Assembly: GCA_044232765.1 (NCBI GenBank) | Contig: JBIILH010000001.1 | Span: 1 to 40,255, forward strand | Direction: 5' to 3' | DNA length: 40,255 nt | Origin: Rhodoluna sp. | GTDB lineage: Bacteria; Actinomycetota; Actinomycetes; Actinomycetales; Microbacteriaceae | Part shown: positions 37,421-40,255 of the stretch, piece after piece | Position numbering within the stretch: the first letter of the stretch is position 1 | How the letters are laid out: every line of letters starts with the position of its first letter | Notes under the pieces: model-generated | Told to the model about the DNA's origin: nothing | The model's input: the letters and a program-made list of their open reading frames with translations, nothing else | Databases searched by the model: none | Program-made: the position numbers and the translations under genes

Positions 37421-37446
37421 TGTCAGATTCACCTATTCTGAGACAT
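37421..37446 (+). promoter_or_regulatory. Putative ECF-dependent promoter, copy 1: TGTCAGAT-N13-GACAT
   Basis: Same motif, spacer length and 9-nt distance to ATG as the copy at 37984-38009. Confidence 0.7.
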
Positions 37447-37455
37447 AAGCCATGT

Positions 37456-37506
37456 ATGACCTTCATTTCTGAGATGTGGGGACCAGAGAGATTTAGAGGG
37501 GAGTGA
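37456..37506 (+). CDS. Putative 16-aa leader peptide MTFISEMWGPERFRGE upstream of the ECF sigma gene
   Basis: ATG 9 nt after GACAT; its TGA overlaps the sigma GTG (GTGA). Confidence 0.45.
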   Translation: MTFISEMWGPERFRGE

Positions 37507-38012
37507 TCATGGATCAGGACAAGTTTGTTGCTACCTTCCGTTCTCATCTCCAAGATGTCTCTAGATACCTAACCAGGCGTGTTGAGATCAGCAACGTAGA
37601 AGATTTAGCCAGCGAGATATTTGAGATTGCCTGGCGAAAAAGAGAATCCTGCCCAGAAGGTTTCGAACTTGCTTGGCTTTACAAGATTGCAGGCTTTGTG
37701 GTTTCTAACCACAGAAAGAAGCTTTCCCGAAGAGCAGTGATGGTTCCTCTACTTGATCACGATATGTCAGCCCCATCAGCTGAGGATGTTGCTTTAGATG
37801 GATCTGGCGTGGCTATAGCTTTTGATTTGCTGTCTGCAAAAGATAGGCAAATACTTTCACTGTTTGTTTTTGAACAACTAAGCATCAAGGAGATAGCTGT
37901 TGTGTTGGGCACTACAGAGAACAACACCAGCCAGAGACTCAAGAGAGCTAGAGAGCGTTTGGCTAAACATCTTGCACAACAAGTGTCAGATACCCACGAA
38001 GGGGGACATTAA
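37503..38012 (+). CDS. ECF sigma-70 factor (start GTG 37503 or ATG 37509)
   Basis: EDLASEIFEIAWRK, AWLYKIA, LSAKDRQIL..EQLSIKEIAVVLG..RLKRARERL. Confidence 0.92.
   Translation: MIMDQDKFVATFRSHLQDVSRYLTRRVEISNVEDLASEIFEIAWRKRESCPEGFELAWLYKIAGFVVSNHRKKLSRRAVMVPLLDHDMSAPSAEDVALDGSGVAIAFDLLSAKDRQILSLFVFEQLSIKEIAVVLGTTENNTSQRLKRARERLAKHLAQQVSDTHEGGH
37984..38009 (+). promoter_or_regulatory. Putative ECF-dependent promoter, copy 2, inside the sigma 3' end and upstream of the anti-sigma gene
   Basis: TGTCAGAT-N13-GACAT-N9-ATG(38019). Confidence 0.7.
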
Positions 38013-38018
38013 CTAAAC

Positions 38019-38729
38019 ATGAAGAAGGAATTCGAAAACGATCCCATCCTTGGCCAGTTATCAAAGGCAGCACGAAAGCCTAAAGCTCCGAAACTAAGTG
38101 AAGGCCTATTGGTTGCTGCTGCTTCCAAAGATGCATCAGTCAAGGCTGGAAAGTTTAGGACGCCTACACTCTTCGTAAGTTTGGCAAGTGCTACTACTGC
38201 TGTTCTGCTGGTAGCTTTGGTTGCGAATCCTTCAATCACAAATAATGAACAATACTCACCGTTAAGTGAAGCTGAAAAATCTCTCACAAAGAGTGATGAC
38301 AACCTATCTGAAGGATCATTTAGGTCAAACCCTAATTTGCCAGAGCAAGCAACTAAGTTGCTAGAAGCAGATTTTGGAGAGTTTTATGCCAATGAAAATT
38401 GGTCCACTCAACTTGATTTAGAAGCTAGAGGTTACTTTTTAGTTAGGAACAGTCAATTGTTTGAGGTTTACCATCCGATTGACACTCCATCGAAGTTCTG
38501 GGAGATCACAAGACCTAAGTACTTAGAAGAACAAGGTTTCAACTCAACTGGATACTGTAGTTTCGCTGAACCTGTGGGTCGACCTGTATTTTTGGTCTTA
38601 GCTTCAGACGGTGGTCTGTATGATTTCTACCCTAAAAATTTGTGTGGAAACGGAAAACTTTATTCCTACCTGAACGAATTGGATGAAGCTCTGAGTGAAT
38701 TAGGTTACAAAAACACCCCTATGTTCTAG
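38019..38729 (+). CDS. Putative single-pass membrane anti-sigma factor
   Basis: Short basic cytoplasmic N-terminus, one TM helix (about aa 49-68), extracytoplasmic domain with two Cys; 6 nt after the ECF stop codon. Confidence 0.65.
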   Translation: MKKEFENDPILGQLSKAARKPKAPKLSEGLLVAAASKDASVKAGKFRTPTLFVSLASATTAVLLVALVANPSITNNEQYSPLSEAEKSLTKSDDNLSEGSFRSNPNLPEQATKLLEADFGEFYANENWSTQLDLEARGYFLVRNSQLFEVYHPIDTPSKFWEITRPKYLEEQGFNSTGYCSFAEPVGRPVFLVLASDGGLYDFYPKNLCGNGKLYSYLNELDEALSELGYKNTPMF

Positions 38730-38793
38730 AAGGCTTTTGTTCGGTCAAATACGGTTAGGGCCATCTCTATCGACTCAGCACTAGCATTAAAAA

Positions 38794-39345
38794 ATGAGCA
38801 AATTTACAGACAGATCCAATTCAGCACTATTAGTAATTGATGTTCAGGTAGGTGTAGTTGGTGAAGCCTATGAACGTGACCTTAAAGTCGCAAATATGTC
38901 AAAGGCTATTGATAAGGCAAGAGCAGCTTCTATCCCTGTTATCTGGGTTCAGCACTCTGATGAAGAATTAGTGCTTGAAAGTGCTGATTGGGAGATTGTT
39001 TCTGAGCTAACACCTTTGGAGAGCGAACCTAAGGTTAGAAAGCTTTACAGATCTTCTTTTGAAGAGACCAACCTTGAAGAGATCCTTAAGGACTTAGGTG
39101 TTTCACGTCTTTATGTTTGTGGAGCTGAAAGTAACAACTGTGTAAGACACACTTCTCATACTGCTCTGGAAAATGGCTATGACGTGACTCTAATCTCTGA
39201 TGCTCACACCACCACAGGTTTCGAATGGAATGGCTACATCATTGATGCAGCAAGGGTTATTGACGAGCAGAACACGAACTTTATGGGCTATTCACTTCCA
39301 GGTAGAACTGCTCAAGCAGTTTCTGTTACCGAACTTTCCTTCTAG
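38794..39345 (+). CDS. Isochorismatase-family cysteine hydrolase
   Basis: LLVIDVQ (Asp), RKLYRSSF (Lys), GAESNNCV (Cys), DAHTT. Confidence 0.9.
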   Translation: MSKFTDRSNSALLVIDVQVGVVGEAYERDLKVANMSKAIDKARAASIPVIWVQHSDEELVLESADWEIVSELTPLESEPKVRKLYRSSFEETNLEEILKDLGVSRLYVCGAESNNCVRHTSHTALENGYDVTLISDAHTTTGFEWNGYIIDAARVIDEQNTNFMGYSLPGRTAQAVSVTELSF

Positions 39346-39387
39346 TTCCCAATAAACTGAAAAAGAACACTATGAAAGGTGATAAAC

Positions 39388-40251
39388 ATGGCTAAAGCCG
39401 AAAAGAAGGCTGCTAAGGCAGCTGGAAAGATAAGTGAAAAGGGTCTAACCAGGTACAACCTGGTTGCTGGCCTCCTGCACTTATTCTCAGCAATCTCTCT
39501 AACTGCAATTCTTGTGCAGGTTGAAGTTCAGGGTTACTTCCCTGTAACAGCTACTTGGATGGATGGCCCTCCGGGATTCAAGCCTGGTCAGACATTCACT
39601 CAGGGTGGTCAGACATTCACTTTCCCTGAACCTAAAACAGTTGAACTGTTCACCATCAACCTAGGTGGAGCAATTATTGCTTTCCTATTGCTTTCAGCAA
39701 TCTTCCACTTCCTGATCATTTCACCATGGTTCAAGAAGCGTTACTTTGATGGTCTAGCTAACACACACAACTACTTCCGTTGGACTGAGTACTCACTGTC
39801 ATCTTCAATCATGATTACCTCAATCATGCTGTTGAACGGTTTCACTGACTTCGCAGGACTAATCGCAGTATTCGCTGTGAACGCAAGCATGATCTTGTTC
39901 GGTGCTCTTCAGGAGAAGTATGAGAAGCCAGGTAACGGTAAGGGTCTTCCATTCATCATGGGTTGTATGACCGGTGTTGTTCCTTGGATCATCATCTTCA
40001 TCTCTGTATTCCGTCCAGGTTACGAAGGCGCTAATGAGATTCCAGGTTTCGTATACGGAATCATCGTTACTATCTTCATCGCATTCAACACATTTGGTAT
40101 CAACCAGGCTCTGCAGTACAAGCAGATTGGTAAGTGGAAGGACTACCTATTCGGTGAGCGTGTTTACATCACACTTAGCTTCGTAGCGAAGTCTCTTCTT
40201 GCTTGGCAGGTATTCTCTGGAGCAATCATTCCAGCGCTAACTGCTCAGTAA
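39388..40251 (+). CDS. heR: Heliorhodopsin
   Basis: Seven TM segments; YN..AGLLH, GPPG, SAIFH, NYFRWTEYSLSSSIM, NASMILFG, and retinal Lys in YITLSFVAKSLLAW. Confidence 0.95.
   Translation: MAKAEKKAAKAAGKISEKGLTRYNLVAGLLHLFSAISLTAILVQVEVQGYFPVTATWMDGPPGFKPGQTFTQGGQTFTFPEPKTVELFTINLGGAIIAFLLLSAIFHFLIISPWFKKRYFDGLANTHNYFRWTEYSLSSSIMITSIMLLNGFTDFAGLIAVFAVNASMILFGALQEKYEKPGNGKGLPFIMGCMTGVVPWIIIFISVFRPGYEGANEIPGFVYGIIVTIFIAFNTFGINQALQYKQIGKWKDYLFGERVYITLSFVAKSLLAWQVFSGAIIPALTAQ
39585..39621 (+). repeat. 16-nt direct repeat TGGTCAGACATTCACT x2 (21-nt period) in the heliorhodopsin A-B loop
   Basis: Copies at 39585-39600 and 39606-39621 encode GQTFT-QG-GQTFT. Confidence 0.9.
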
Positions 40252-40255
40252 TACA

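Noticed and set aside
36676-40255. Prophage or genomic island with att sites at ssrA
   Set aside because: No integrase, phage genes or repeated ssrA 3' end within the window.
1-40255. CRISPR array, IS elements, rRNA
   Set aside because: No regularly spaced repeats, transposase ORFs or rRNA-like sequence seen.

Overview
A gene-dense, low-GC chromosomal segment of an actinobacterium. Gene order (ychF; hisN-rsgA-aroA-sigR/sigH-rsrA; kgd; tandem CNNM/CBS pair; metX-metY; tad cluster-prfB-ftsEX-smpB-ssrA) and a heliorhodopsin suggest a streamlined aquatic Microbacteriaceae member (Rhodoluna/Aquiluna-like; this taxonomy is an inference). It is mostly housekeeping, plus tRNA-Leu(TAG) and tmRNA. No integrase, transposase or CRISPR array was seen. 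The most interesting elements are small and missing from the ORF track. (1) A 21-aa CxCxxxCxC metallothionein-like peptide (2516-2581) has a strong RBS and sits behind a MerR-type promoter with a 19-bp spacer and a dyad. (2) An ECF sigma/anti-sigma cassette downstream of ssrA carries a candidate promoter (TGTCAGAT-N13-GACAT-N9-ATG) twice with identical geometry; the first copy precedes a 16-aa leader peptide coupled to the sigma gene. The cassette is followed by an isochorismatase-family gene and a heliorhodopsin with a duplicated loop insertion. (3) A divergent SigR/SigH has a two-promoter, two-isoform layout, and a matching GGAAT-N18-GTT promoter lies before tmRNA. (4) There is an unannotated 56-aa leaderless ORF and a non-canonical Flp pilin. 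Many genes look leaderless (TANNNT-N5-9-ATG).
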